Positions 1-13,279 are shown, numbered from the stretch's first letter. The stretch: 64,000 nucleotides of DNA from Octopus bimaculoides (GCF_001194135.2 NC_068989.1:43481959-43545958); one strand, 5' to 3'. The notes: a model not told the origin generated them from the letters alone. Numbers and translations: made by a program.

Positions 1-296
1 ATTCGCCGGACATTGCCATATCTGATTATCATTTATTCCGCAGTCTTCAAAATCATTTGGATTGAGAAAATATGAATTCTGTAGACGAGGTCAGAACAGC
101 ACTGGAGGAGTATTTTTCATCACGGACAATTGAATTTTGGAAAAGGGGGCTTGCAAGTCTACCAGATAGATGGAAGGGCATTGTAGAAAATGAAGGAGAG
201 TATATTTTAGATTTAAAAAAGAACTTTGTTTATCTTAATTTTGAAAAATAAAAGAAGTATAAAAAAAAAACCCGCATTATTTATGGGATGACCCAA
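1..296 (+). mobile_element. Mariner (DD34D) transposon 3' end, degenerate
   Basis: Frame from nt 3 reads SPDIAISDYHLFRSLQNHLD*ENMNSVDEVRTALEEYF...LPDRWKGIVENEGEY, i.e. the YSPDLAPSDYHLF motif with an in-frame stop. Ends in a TIR-like ...gggatgacccaa followed by TA. Confidence 0.9.
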
Positions 297-563
297 TATA
301 TTGTTATCAAGCAACACAAAATTTAAGAATTGTTTGACCTGTGAATTTTAGACCTGTGAGCCGTAATTAAACACTGAGTTTCTGTTTGTTTGTTTGTTGT
401 TCTGACATTACTTAGCTGCATGTGGGGTTGTGTGGTAAGAAGCACATGGTTTTTGGTTCAGTCCCACTACGTGACACCTTCGGCAAGTGTCTTCTGCTAT
501 AGCCTCGAGCTGACCGAAACCTTGTGAATAGATTTGGTAGACAGAAACTGAAAGAAGCTCGTC

Positions 564-602
<39 letters not shown>

Positions 603-842
603 NNNNNNNNNNNNNNNNNNNNNNNNNNNNNNNNNNNNNNNNNNNNNNNNNNNNNNNNNNNNNNNNNNNNNNNNNNNNNNNNNNNNNNNNNNNNNNNNNN
701 NNNNNNNNNNNNNNNNNAAATTCTTCAAGGCGATGCCCCAACTTGGCCGCAGTCTAATAACTAAAATAAGAAAGTGATATAAGATTTCATGCTCCAATTT
801 TTTTTTCCTTTATAAGTTCAGTAATTTACCAACAATATTTTA

Positions 843-1060
843 CGAAGGGGTGCTGAAAAGATCCTGGCTTTAAGAGTATCGCGAAAGGCCTGGTTGGAGG
901 CCCAAACTTCTGAGTTCTTTTACAGGGCTTAGAAAAAATGAAGGCCACTGGAATAAGTGTGTGTGAATCTGAGAGGGGAATATGTTGAATAAAATCTTAA
1001 TTAACTGATTCTCCTGTATTTTCTTTTACCCAAAGCCAGGAACTTTTCAGCACCGCCTCG
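843..1060. mobile_element. Mariner-type MITE
   Basis: TA|cgaaggggtgctgaaaagatcctggcttt ... aaagccaggaacttttcagcaccgcctcg|TA: about 28-bp TIRs with TA target duplication. Confidence 0.85.
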
Positions 1061-1503
1061 TATGTGGTCCAGTTGTAAAAATATGTATTAGGGAATTGAC
1101 TTTTTCGTCTTCAAGTGTGATACTATGTGAAGAGGGTAGTCGATAATTAATTATTTCCTAGAGGACTGGACATAGAGAAGGTTGTAAAACACTCACTGTT
1201 TAGTAATTAGTCGTCTCCCTTCATAATATAAATTCGAATCTTTCACCTATCCATCCAGCTAATGTAAATAAAAATCCTACTTCTTTCTTCAGTGATCCGT
1301 TCGAGGTAGGTTATGTATAGAGGCTGATAGCTCGTCTGTGATTCTATGGCAGCAATCCATTGTCGACGCAATCTCCCACGCTTGAAGACTGACTCGTGTT
1401 AATTATTATTAAAATGTGCTAATTATCTTTTCTATATACTGGAGCTGACTACGTCGTTGTTTAGATGTCTCTCCTCAGAACATAAGGATTAGAGTGTCAG
1501 TTT

Positions 1504-1545
<42 letters not shown>

Positions 1546-4500
1546 NNNNNNNNNNAATCGACAAATCACTCCCCAATTTACTTAGGCGGCACATAACTTT
1601 TGGGAGAGCCATTAAAGTCAATAACTCCCAGTTAGGAAATTGATGGAAGCGCCATACTTGATCTAGTTTTATTTCTGTTCAAATAAAGATATAAATAATC
1701 GTTCAAGTATTTTAAACCAGGATTCATAAGATTGAGGAGACAAAAACTTTGGTCTGTAAGAAATTCTTTCAACTATTACAGTGATTCCAGATAACACCCT
1801 CCAATAATCACAAGGCTTGGAATTGGTGTGAGGAGGTAGGGAGTCTGAAAGGATGAAAGGCAAGATCGACCTCGGTGCAATTTGAGCTCAAAACTTTAAT
1901 ACAGACGAAATGCCGCTAAGCATTTTGTCCGGCGTGCTAACGATTCTGCCAGCTAGCCCTGAATTCAAGATAATAACGAAGTCAAGAACATTGGATTATA
2001 ATAGAACCAGGGGGAATGACTATGCATATCGCATATGGAGTTATTTCCCTTGTTTTGTTGTTTTTTTGGCATAGTTTTTTGATTTTTTTTGTTTTTTTTT
2101 GTTATTTCAAAAATTACGATAACCAATGTGCCTTCCAAGGTTGTAACGTGTGTTCTATGAAAAGAATTCGTTTCTTTTTTTTTTATTATTTATAGCAAAT
2201 CAAGTGGTCAGATAGAAGGTTCGAAATTTTCTAGCGTGGTTGGAATGTTTGTAAAGAAATGTATGAAAGATGAAATCTAAATACGTGTATAAACAGCAGT
2301 AGAAAGGGTTACTGCTACTGAGAAGGAAGTATCTAGAAGACTATTGAAATTACGCTAATAAATATAGGATGGAAAAAGCCCAACTGACACACGCTGCAAA
2401 CAAGAAGTTCGATGACTTTGCCAAAGGAATTCACAAACCAGAGAGAACTGAAAGCAAAGGCAATAAAAGCAAACGGTGGTGAAATAATTGACCTCCAAGT
2501 TAAATATTCAACATGTTTTCTGCAAAACCTAGCGTTTATAACTCGTTCGTTTCCCGTCTCCTTTTCGATGGGTTGGACAAGAACTTTGAGTCATTCTTTT
2601 ACGGCAGATAACTTTCCAGTCACTAACTCTTGTTTTCTAACTAAGGGCTTTGCAGTTTGTCTTCTTCAAAAGAACAGAGTTGGTGGACGATTTTGTGACA
2701 GGACATGCCAACATCGTTTTCTTTTTCTTTTTTTCTCGCAATTCTTTCATGATGTTGAATGTAAGCACTCAGAGATGCACTCGCGTGCGCACACAACTGG
2801 GTTCTGTATAGTTCCTATCTACAAATTCCACTAACAAGGAATTGGTCAGCTAAAGGCTATATGATAAAAAAGACCCCAATGAGGATAGTGTTGCTCTGCA
2901 TCGACAAGATGTATTATGTAGTAAAATCAACAAAGAGCACAGTGCACTTGCCATGAAGAGTGGAGAATCCAACGTTTCAGACAGTCCTACTAAGGCTATA
3001 GAAGACATGTGCGCAAGGTGTTGCATAGTAAGATAGAACTTGAAACCACAGCCATGCCTACATACTGATAATATGATATGGGATGCAGCAAAAAGAAAAA
3101 AACCTCCCAGTTTCATCATCCTTGGCCATGTAACATATGGGAGCTTTTTCTGATACACCTTGTATTATAAATTAACGGCTAATATTTTCATACAAGGCTT
3201 GAGTCTCGCTAGTAAGTCTGTTGTTCTTGTTTGAGGTTCAGTTCTTATAATGTTTAACTCATCATTTAATGACCACTTTCCTATGCCTGCATTAAGTCAG
3301 ATGGAGTTTATTTGAAGCAGGTTTTCTATTGCCAACCCTTCTTGTTGCCAACCCTCACTTCTTTCCTAGCAAGGCAGTATTTTCCTATGGCTATACATCT
3401 TCTCACAAAATATTAGAAATGGATGACATTGCTTGTAAGACTATGATACTTGTTTACAGCTATCATGCAACGTCAAAACAAGTTAACAAAACACACACAC
3501 ACACACACATCATCAACATTTAGCGTCCATTCTCCATGCTTGCATGTGTTGGGTAAGAGTTGGCAAACTAGAGGGTAGCACCAAGCTCAATTGTTTGTTT
3601 TGGCATGGTTTCTACAGGCTTCTTTCAGTTTCCAACATCAACCAAATCCACTTAGAAAGGCTTTAGTCAACCCAGGACTATAGTAGAAGACACTAACCCA
3701 AGGTGCTGTGCAGTAGGACTGCATCCAGAACCAGGTGGTTGGGAAACAAACTTCTTACCGCTCAACCATGCCTACAACTCAATATATTGATTTCATTTCA
3801 AATTTTAGCACAAGGTCAACAATTACGTGGAAAGGGTAAATCAATTACATCAACCCCCAGTACTCAACTGATACTTATTTAATCCACTCCGAAAAGATGA
3901 AAAGCAAAGTCAACCTTAGTGGTATATCGTTCATCTTTACGTGTTGGGTTCAAACTCCACCAAGAATTTTGCCTGACGTGCTAGCAAATCTGCCAACTCA
4001 CCACCTTTGCAACTCAATATGTAAAAAGCTAACTCCCCTGAGATTTTATTACGACTATCAGTGAAAGCCTGTGAATACTGTCTTTACTGCTAAATTATTA
4101 GAAGTGTTTAGTTTCGTTTAGGCAAACTCAAACAAGCAAAGTTACAAGCTTTTTCAGGAACACATCAGAAATTACTAAGATTTGAACTCCTGACTACAGT
4201 ACTTCCACATAGGGTGAAAGTGCTTTGTTTTTGTATAATGTAGCATTTCTGCATACTGGAATTTTGTTTCTTCGTAAAAGGATCTGCCTGTCTATTCTTA
4301 CATGTGTTTGTTGTCCTTTCACTGAAAATTTGCCTGAAACTAACCAATTCTAGCATCTATGAATCCGGTGCACCACTAAAATCATGTATAGTCTGCCATT
4401 GATACTTTATTTTTTCGATGCTGAGATTTTATAATTTCATCCATTTTTCTAAGGAGAGATAAACTTTGAACACAATCTGCACAGCCAAATACCCTTCTAA

Positions 4501-4690
4501 CTACTAAACACTATCATTAAGAAGCAAATTTGGGAAGCAGGGAGTAGCAAGGGAAACTTGAACAAACAGTTATGTACTTTCATACAAGTCCAACAAAATA
4601 TCTACAGCTATAAAATTTGAACTCACCATTTGATCAGTGTTTCAGCTACAGTACACTCATAGTTTATAGGATATACATCACACCCACTGC

Positions 4691-4722
<32 letters not shown>

Positions 4723-5043
4723 CTTACAGCTACTGTATGACCAAAGCTCACAGGATATATCATAGCTACAGTACATTCACAGCTTACAGGATTTATATCT
4801 TAGGTTTCTTTTACTTTGATCATCTCATTTCTGAATATATATTTTTAAAAAGTTCAGTCTCCAAATGTCACTTTACAATCAATATTAAGTTCTTTCCAAA
4901 ACCTTCAGATTAAACTAATACTTCATAACTAATCTTTAAATGTTAAGAGTACTCAAAGACCAAAACAGTGAAGGCATAGCCATATAGTTAAGAAGTTCAC
5001 TTCACTAATACAGGACTTCAAGTTCTATCCCACTCAACACAAT

Positions 5044-6009
5044 TGTATCCGGAAAGTTCGCCGCAAACAATTTTGCTGCAGGAAAATTTGCCTCATGATT
5101 TTTGGCCTAGGAAAGTTCGCCGCAAGACAAAAGATGAGTTGCTCCCCTTGGTATACAATTGTTTCAACCAATAAGAAGAGATAAAGTAATTTAACTCATT
5201 TAAAATTTCTTTATTCATTCAACAATATTTTTTTGAGTAGCCAACCTATTAGAACGGTCTATGAAGTAGAAACTAGTATAGGCGGTGTGAAATTAGCTGA
5301 TCTAAACTTTGTTTATAGGATAGATAGAAAATACGGTGAAAAAACATATTGGGAATATGAAAATAGAGAATGTAAAACAAGAGTGCATATCGTGCTGGAA
5401 AAGGATAATTTATCTATATTTAAAACATTCGGCGAGCCTTATCCTTCAAAACCAAAAGTTTACGTTGCAAAAACGAAGCCACTAATTCACAAACTTATGC
5501 GCGGTCGTTAATTGCAGAAATTTTATCTAGTCATTGTCACTAATGCCGACATCATCGCATGCCTTGCAATATTAGCGGTTGGAGGCAAAATTTTTATTGA
5601 AACAAAAAACGTGAGCGAATTGGATCTCGTGGCGTGAATAATCAACAACAACGTGCGTGTGAAGTGAAACAACACAACATACAGTTGTTATGGTAACAAG
5701 CTGTTAATGCCTCGCTCTCTGGTGACTGGCTAAAATTACCCAAATTTTCCAAAATTTAATTCCAAATAACATCAGATTCTTTCATTTACGATACCCCAAA
5801 ATTGAAAACAATCTGAGCACAATTAAAGGGGGTTGATTTTGCGAATGAAATTAACTAGATCCAATAGTTTTACCCCCTCTTATTGGTTGAAACAATTATG
5901 TACCAAGGGGGGCAACTCATCTTGTCTTGCGGCGAACTTTCCTACGACTAAAATTCGGGAGGCGAATTTTCCTGCGGCAAAAATGCTTGCGGCGAACTTT
6001 CCTGGAACC
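5044..6009 (+). mobile_element. Non-autonomous Mutator-like (MULE) element with FLYWCH zinc-finger remnant
   Basis: About 135-bp TIRs (5044-5176 and 5878-6009) with internal GGAAAGTTCGCCGCAA repeats. 9-bp TSD CAACACAAT (5035-5043) versus CAACACAAC (6010-6018). ORF 5233-5511 GGVKLADLNFVYRIDRKYGEKTYWEYENRECKTRVH resembles FLYWCH. Confidence 0.8.
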
Positions 6010-6097
6010 CAACACAACACAAGCGTCTTTTACAAAAACCTTATGGTCAACATACAAGCTTGTCAATGAGACTATTCTTATTGTGTGGTCGACTTAA

Positions 6098-6295
6098 CCC
6101 TTTAGCATTTAAACCGACCAGATCCAGCCAAAATATACAAAATGTACAAAGTGGCCTCACACCAACTCTACAATGCCATTCTAAAAATTAAGTTACCTCA
6201 TTCAAATCTCAAAGCTACAAGATGATATATGATTGATTCAAAACAATGTGAATAAATTAGCATTAGTTTTGACAGAATAATGTGAATGCTAAGGA
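6098..6295. mobile_element. TTAA-flanked piggyBac-like MITE family E
   Basis: TTAA|CCCTTTAGCATT ... AATGCTAAAGGG|TTAA consensus. Other copies at 15514-15724, about 20985-21198, 29070-29272, 39361-39846, 40014-40225 and 44325-44541. Confidence 0.8.
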
Positions 6296-6439
6296 TTAAC
6301 TCCTCATCAAATATACAACTACCAACACCACCTGGCTTATGGATGCCCTTAGACCCAGAAAAAAAGTCATAAGTCCCTGCCCTTACTCCTCTGACCATCT
6401 TTATTTGTCTATCTACCATATACACACACACATATATAT

Positions 6440-6487
<48 letters not shown>

Positions 6488-6505
6488 CCACATATAGATA
6501 TACAT

Positions 6506-7716
6506 AGGTTAGACAAAATAATGGAAACACCTTAAAATTTCAAACAAATATATTTTAATATGGGGTAAGACCGCCTTTAGCAGTAATTACAGCTTGAATT
6601 CTACGAGGTATGGGCTCATACAAAGTTTGAAATGTTTCCAAAGAAATTTTTGTCTATTCTTCAGCTAAAACAGTCTCCAGTTCTTGTAGTAATGATGGTG
6701 GAGCATATCGACTTCTTTTTCTAAAGTGCACCATAAATGTTCAATAATATTGAGATTTGAGGACTGTGGTGGCCAGATAAGATTTTCAACTACACTAGAA
6801 TGTTCCTCGTGCCATTCAGGAACAATTTTAGCTGAATGAATTGGTACATTATCATCCTGAAAGATTGCGTTTCTCTCTGGAAACAGTTTCACAACCACAG
6901 GTTGAATTTGATCAGATAAAATGCTTTGTCCTGACTATTAATTCTGCCATGAAGGGAAACCATTGGGCCAGCAGATTTCCAAGATAAAGCACCCCAGATC
7001 ATCCTCCATGTTTAACAGTTGGAAGAAGGCAGTCTAGGTCAAATGCTTCTTTTGACTGTCTCTACACCTATAGTCAGCCAGTGGTCAGAAATGAGGTAAA
7101 GGATGACTCGTCCGAGAAACATTTTTCTACTGCTCTAGGGACCAATCCTTAGGTTTTTACTCCACTCTAAATGCTTTGCAACGCTTGTTTTTGAAAGTAG
7201 TGTTTTCTGATTGCAGCCCTACCATAAAATCTGCCTTTGTACAGCTCCTGGCAAACAGTTTTTGTGGAAACTGGGTTCTCAAGGTGGTCATTAAGTTCAG
7301 CAGTAATTTCGGAAGCTGTACTTTTGTGATCCTTTCTAACAATTCGCATAATAATCCGGTGATCCCTGTCTGAAAGTTTTGGTTTTCTTCCAGAGTTTTG
7401 TTTAAACGAAGAGGTTTTTCCCCTCTTTCTCAAAGGCTGTCATTACTTTCAAGACAGTACTCCTTGATACAAACATTTAAATTGTTTTCGTTACGTTAGC
7501 ACCTGCCATACATGCACCAAAAATTTGACCTCTTTGAAAGTCCCAAAGATCTGTCATTTTATTGAATTTTAATTACCTTTTTCTGAAAGGAAACAGCAAT
7601 TTTAGCAAAACGTATTAAGCAACACTAACAATAAATAAATAAATAAACAAGCTTTTTGACAGTTTTATAGCTATTTCAAAATTATGATGGTATGTGTTTC
7701 CATTATTTTGTCCAAC
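6506..7716 (-). mobile_element. Tc1-family transposon, decayed
   Basis: TIR ggttagacaaaataatggaaacac / gtgtttccattattttgtccaac. Fragments include an HTH region (SGRKPKLSDRDHRIIMRIVRKDHKSTASEITAEL, 7167-7433) and a DDE region (FQDDNVPIH...WPPQSSNLNIIEHLW, 6665-6898). Confidence 0.9.
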
Positions 7717-7729
7717 ATACACATACACA

Positions 7730-8948
7730 CAAGGTGAGCTGTAAAGAATTCTTGATTGATTTTTAGCAAAATGCATAAAAACAGGAGTTCTTTAGGATTT
7801 AATTTAATATGGTTATGTTACATATCACGAAAAGTTTCATTCAATATACCTGCCTTTCACCTTCATAATCGCCCAAAGATGCCTAAGAACAGAGTCACAT
7901 GAAGCCAGACGATTTGACGCAACTCAGGCTTTCTTCAGAGAAAGTGATATTTTTGTGGGTAACTTTTGAAATGTCATTTTCTAGAATAGACCAACTAGCG
8001 AAGTCCATAGGGTTGACATCTGGGCTGGAAAGGAGACCACACATTTCTTGTCCTAGAACCCACTGAAATGACTCCTGCACCACTGCTGTATCATATTGGA
8101 CGTATGAGGAGTGCCGTCTTGTGTGAACACATAATTATTTCCAAATGCTTCGATCACCCATGGCAAAACATTATCCTCCAACATTTTCATGCAAAATGCT
8201 GAATTAATCTTAGTCTCCTCTTTCATGAACACCAGAGATTTTTCCACCATCAGATGACACTACCACTCAAACCATCATTCAGGTGGGTTTCATTCAGTAA
8301 AGCACCTAACAGGCGCTTTCGGGAACAGTATCATTCTGGGTGTTCACTACAGTCTCCATGGTGAATATCTTTTCATCTGACCAGATGAAGACATTGTCAC
8401 CAGCACTCTGAATCTCCTCAGTTTTCTTGCACCTGTCCAGTTGCTTTGCTTTGAAAGCGGCAGAAATTAGCTGTCAACGCTGCAATATTAAAGACTTGCA
8501 ATTTAAGTCGTCACGTACGACCTGTTGTCTGGGAGAGGTCGAGACTTTTAGCCATTTGCCTCATGCCCCCGCGATGGATTTTGCAACTCTGATGAAATCC
8601 ACTAATTGTTTCATCCTTACGAATCATTTTCAACCAGGAATGGGCTTGCTATCAATTGAACCTGTCTCGTTATACCGTCTCATGACATTACAGACTGTTT
8701 TGGGACCAACACCAATCCTTGAAGCCATGCCTTTGGTGCTATGTCCTGCTGTTTTCAGAGTTACAATCTCACTTCACCTGTTAGCTGCCATATTGAAACA
8801 TTTTACTTGTCAAATGTAAGCAAACAATGGAATGTACATGAACAATTGAATGTCGAAGAATCCATTTTAATTATTTTTGTGCAATATCAGACTAAATTGA
8901 ATAAAATAAGCTTATTCAAATAAGCAGGAATTCTTTATGGCACACCCT
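7730..8948 (-). mobile_element. Tc1/mariner superfamily transposon (maT/DD37D-like), decayed
   Basis: TIR aaggtgagctgtaaagaattcttg / caggaattctttatggcacaccct. Fragments YVFTQDGTPHTSNMIQQW and SSPDVNPMDFASWSILE. Confidence 0.8.
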
Positions 8949-8950
8949 AT

Positions 8951-8998
<48 letters not shown>

Positions 8999-9696
8999 CA
9001 CCGTTTGTGGTTAAGCTACAACCAGTGACTTTTTGTTGACATTTTCTATCAAATCATCTGCAAGCTCAATCCCATAAAAATAGCTATGGGTTGGTGACAA
9101 AAGTGTCCAGCCATAAAAATCCTAACCCAATTTTCTCTCATCTAGGCTACACTAACCTGGAAAACCATGTTGAAGAAAACAATTTTAAAAATAAAATTTC
9201 TCCAGTTGAATATAATTATAAGGAACATAAAACAAAAAAAACAACAAACCTGAATATATATATATAAGTTATGTTTATATACAGTTTTTTGTATTTATAT
9301 TGATAAATTAATACTTATATCAATCCAAAAAAATTAAAAAAAGATACATTATATATACATTCATGTATGTATAACAGTATCAAAGGAACACAGGTGTAGC
9401 CAACCTGGCTAGAAAATTAAAAAATATAAAATCAATTTCAGCAGCAAATAATCACATTGTGTGTGAGTGTGTATATGTAGAATATATGTATGTGTTTTGC
9501 TTGCACACATATTTTTAAGGTTTCTGTTTAAATATTGATAAAGGTTGTATATTTATGCCTGTATGTATGTGGGTATATTTTATATATGCATGAGTGCAAG
9601 AGTATATCTATGTGCATGTGTGTGCATATTCAAGTGAGTGCATGTGCTAATGTGCATGTGTTAGAGCAAGTGTGCAAATGTGCAAGAGTGTACGCA

Positions 9697-9736
<40 letters not shown>

Positions 9737-10950
9737 TGCAAGTTGGTACAAAAGTAAATATGCTTGCATGTATTTACTTTACATCCAAGCATATCTAGTG
9801 TATGCAAGTCTGCACAGTCTTTAGATGCATATATGCATGTCTTGGTTTTTATGTGCATGGTAAATTCTGTATGGTGCACAGCTTAGATCTATATTTTCAT
9901 GCAGGTTGTGTGCGTGTGTGTACGCACATGTATGTACTTATGTGAATGCATACATGTACATATGAATTCTTAGATGTTCATATGAATGCTTGCTTAGATA
10001 CATGCTTATGTGTATGTAGATATATGTATATGTGGGTCTATTTGCTAATTGGATTACTTCTAGGCTGCTGCTTGTATTGGCACTGAGGTGAAGAATTACT
10101 TTTTCCTTTTTTTCATTTTTATTCCTTCACAAACACAACCCAATACCAAAAACACATCACAAAGAAAGAAAGACAACGAGAAAGAGGAAGAAAGAAAGGA
10201 GAGAAAAAGAAAGAAGATATCATATTCCAACAATTAACCCATTGAAAGAAAAGCCAACCTATGTTTAATTAAATTAGGTTTTTGGACTGAAATTTATTAT
10301 ACAAAATATGATTTTAAACTTTATTAGTTAGCCATTTGTCTTATCATGTTAAGAGTTATTGCACTAAAATCTCCCATAAACCTTAAAATATTTTGATAAT
10401 TTAAACATAATGGCAGTATATATTCTTGTCAGAAAAATATGGTCTCAAATGGGTTAAGCTGTATCATTTTTACAATCAAGTCACCTATCTGATGTCTTAA
10501 TGTAGCTGTTTCTCCTCTTCTTTCTCTTCCTCCTCCACATTCTTCCTCCACCTCGATTCCTCATTACATCACAGGCTCAGTTCATCAGTAACAATACAGA
10601 CAATAATCACCTCCACCACTTTCCTCTATAGCACCATCAGTTGTGGGTTGGTCCATTGGTTTCATTTATTTCAACTGCAGTTGAAGTAAGAGGCAAAGAG
10701 AAAGAGAAAGCATGGGAGATTGAGACAGTAACCAGGAGGGATACAGAGGTAGTGAGGGAGTAAAGGGAGGATGAGTAAGAGTAAGAAGAGAGATGGGGTG
10801 AGAGATAGTAAGTAAGGGAGTAAGAGGGAGTGAGTAAAGAAACAATGCAAGACAGAAGAAGCAAGAAATATTGATATTTCAAAACAGTTCAATAATTTTC
10901 TGCTGTGACCATCACCATTCTATCTGGATGGATGGATGGTTGAAATGCAA

Positions 10951-11175
10951 CTACTGTTGCTGTGAGGCTGTATTCCTGTTTTTACGATGTGGTTCTATTT
11001 CACGCAGACAATTGGCTTTACAGTTCGGACATGCTCCCAAGTCCATCAGGTGGACAACATTTGGATGCCAGGCACAGGTCTGTCGTACTCGGCCTTGAAT
11101 GTTGTAACCACACACAGGACACAAGACACGCTTCGGACTCCGGTTACATATACATCCGGGAAATTCATTGGCTGC
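10951..11175 (-). CDS. Terminal coding exon (phase 0) of a small Cys/His-rich, probably zinc-binding protein, CG13380-like uncharacterised family
   Basis: Pyrimidine-rich acceptor ttttcttctcttttcttAG at 11177-11176, then an open frame to TAG at 10951-10953: AANEFPGCICNRSPKRVLCPVCGYNIQGRVRQTCAWHPNVVHLMDLGACPNCKANCLREIEPHRKNRNTASQQQ*. The motif CxC-x8-CxxC-x5-GRxRxxCxxHP-x4-LMD-x3-CPxC matches my recollection of CG13380-like proteins (not database-verified). Confidence 0.85.
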   Translation of the reverse strand, partial: AANEFPGCICNRSPKRVLCPVCGYNIQGRVRQTCAWHPNVVHLMDLGACPNCKANCLREIEPHRKNRNTASQQQ

Positions 11176-12799
11176 CTAAGAAAAGAGAAGAAAAGAAAAA
11201 TCTCATAAATGTTTATTCATATTTATTAGATTTATGTTTATTAGGAAGAAGGCATATTTTAAAATAACGTTTCCTCACATGTGGGTGGTTATATAGAGCA
11301 TCTGTCAGTCAAACTTCACCATGTGTCTGCACATGTATGCTCAGGCCTGGACAAGATTTTTGAAAAATGGCAGTTCCCCATACATGCAAATCCCACCTCA
11401 CCATACCACTGATGTTTGATCTTTTACGCATTCAGATTACTCAGTCAAATGTAATGCTTATTCATTCACATCATTTTGGATTAATCGTGCACTATCTTGT
11501 AGCTTCCAGCGCTGGCAGAATAGTTAGCACACCGGGCAAAATGCTTAGCAGCATTTCATCCATTTGTATGTTCTGAACTCAAATTCTGCTGAGGTCAACT
11601 TGGCCTTTCATTGATAAAATAAGTACCAGTTGAGCACTGCCAACATTTGAAACATTTGAAACCATTATTACAATGAGAGTAGGGATGTGGCCAGGTTAGG
11701 CCAGTTTGGTTATACAACAGGTAGAAAATTTTAACCAGATATGGCTGGTTTAAATGCGTTTTAACGCATTAAGTTTTGTTCCATTAGAAGAGCCAAGATA
11801 TTTTTACATTCCCCAGTATTGGTATTTATTTGAATGAAAGCCGTTTTCTCCTGACTTCGCCTAAATTTAAAAAAGAAATATTCTTCAACAGAAACGACCT
11901 TATTACAATTTTAAAACAAGTAGTATTTATTTGATCATACCAGAAAGGTCAAGTTGACCTCGGCAGGATTTGGAAAGTTGGAGCAAAAAGTATGAGGCAT
12001 ACTAACCAACATTCTAACGACTGCCTATGTTGAATATGTAAAAGCATTGTTATTAATTTAGAAATAATATTTCGGTATTTCAAATCCTGTCTGATACTCT
12101 GTATACATCCAGGAGCAAGATGATAATGACTGCTGATTCAAAAAGAATGTTGTGTAGCTGAAGGATTCAGGCAAGTGCATAGAGGCTCCCTAGTTAGTAT
12201 TCGAGAGTAGGAGGAGGTATTACTCAGTGGTAGTCACCAACAAACAAGATTGTCATCACAGAGACCCTCCACAATCATCATCAACCAATAGGTCATCAAC
12301 GGATATACCCACCACCATCACNNNNNNNNNNNNNNNNNNNNNNNNNNNNNNNNNNNNNNNNNNNNNNNNNNNNNNNNNNNNNNNNNNNNNNNNGCAAGTG
12401 CATAGAGGCTCCCTAGTTAGTATTCGAGAGTAGGAGGAGGTATTACTCAGTGGTAGTCACCAACAAACAAGATTGTCATCACAGAGACCCTCCACAATCA
12501 TCATCAACCAATAGGTCATCAACGGATATACCCACCACCATCACAACCATCAAGATATGCCTCTCCCTCATACCCACACACTCCCATCACCAACAGATAA
12601 TCTGGTTAATCAGTTTTGCTAGTAATATTCCACCACAAATATATCAGTCAGAGGTGTATGCTGTCCTATTTGAATTGTAATATGTCTCTTAAGATGAAAT
12701 TACAGCAATCATCTGCTTAATGGTACCTCCTTGAAACATATTTCTTTTTTTCAAACTGGATCACAAAGCATATAAGGCTATAAATAACGATGTATAATG

Positions 12800-13198
12800 A
12801 ATCGAGTTAAATTCGACGACTGGCACCCGTGCCAACGTCGTCTCTTTCATTGGACATGGGGCTCTGCTTGCGAAGACTTGTTGGGGCAAGTGAAAGCGAA
12901 ATAGTCATGGCACCTGTGCCCAGCGTCGCCTTTCTGGCACTTGTGCCCGCGGCATGTGTAAGGACTTTCGAGCGAGATCGTTGCCAGTGCCCCTGGACTG
13001 GCTCTTGTGCAGGTGGCACATAAAAGCACCCACTACACTCTCTGGGTGGTTGGCATTAAAAAGGGCATCCAGCTGTAGAAACTCTGCCAAATCAGATTGG
13101 AGCCTGGTGTAACCATCTGGTTTCACCAGTCCTCAGTCAAATCGTCCAACCCATGCTAGCATGGAAAGCGGACGTTAAACGACGATGATGATGATGAA
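12800..13198 (+). mobile_element. (GAT)n-tailed SINE family C (RTE-type tail)
   Basis: ...aagggcatccagctgtagaaactctgccaaatcagattggagcc...atggaaagcggacgttaaacgacgatgatgatg. Similar copies at 28385-28775, 39545-39818 and 50400-50695(-). Confidence 0.85.
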
Positions 13199-13279
13199 TT
13201 AACGGGTTAAAATTTGAAAGCTGCTCATGGGGCAATATTATTTATAGCTTTATCATCTACTTCACCTTCAATGAAGGAA

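Noticed and set aside
2412-2834. 140-aa ORF from the track
   Set aside because: No recognisable motif or splice support, and composition is typical of noncoding DNA.
10637-10892. Signal-peptide-like ORFs MKYQYFLLLLSC.. and MNCFEISIF..
   Set aside because: Low-complexity CT-rich sequence in the presumed 3' UTR.
12171-12544. 151-bp exact direct repeat
   Set aside because: Identical copies flank an N gap, a typical unmerged contig overlap. The same applies around the small gap at about 22793-22802.
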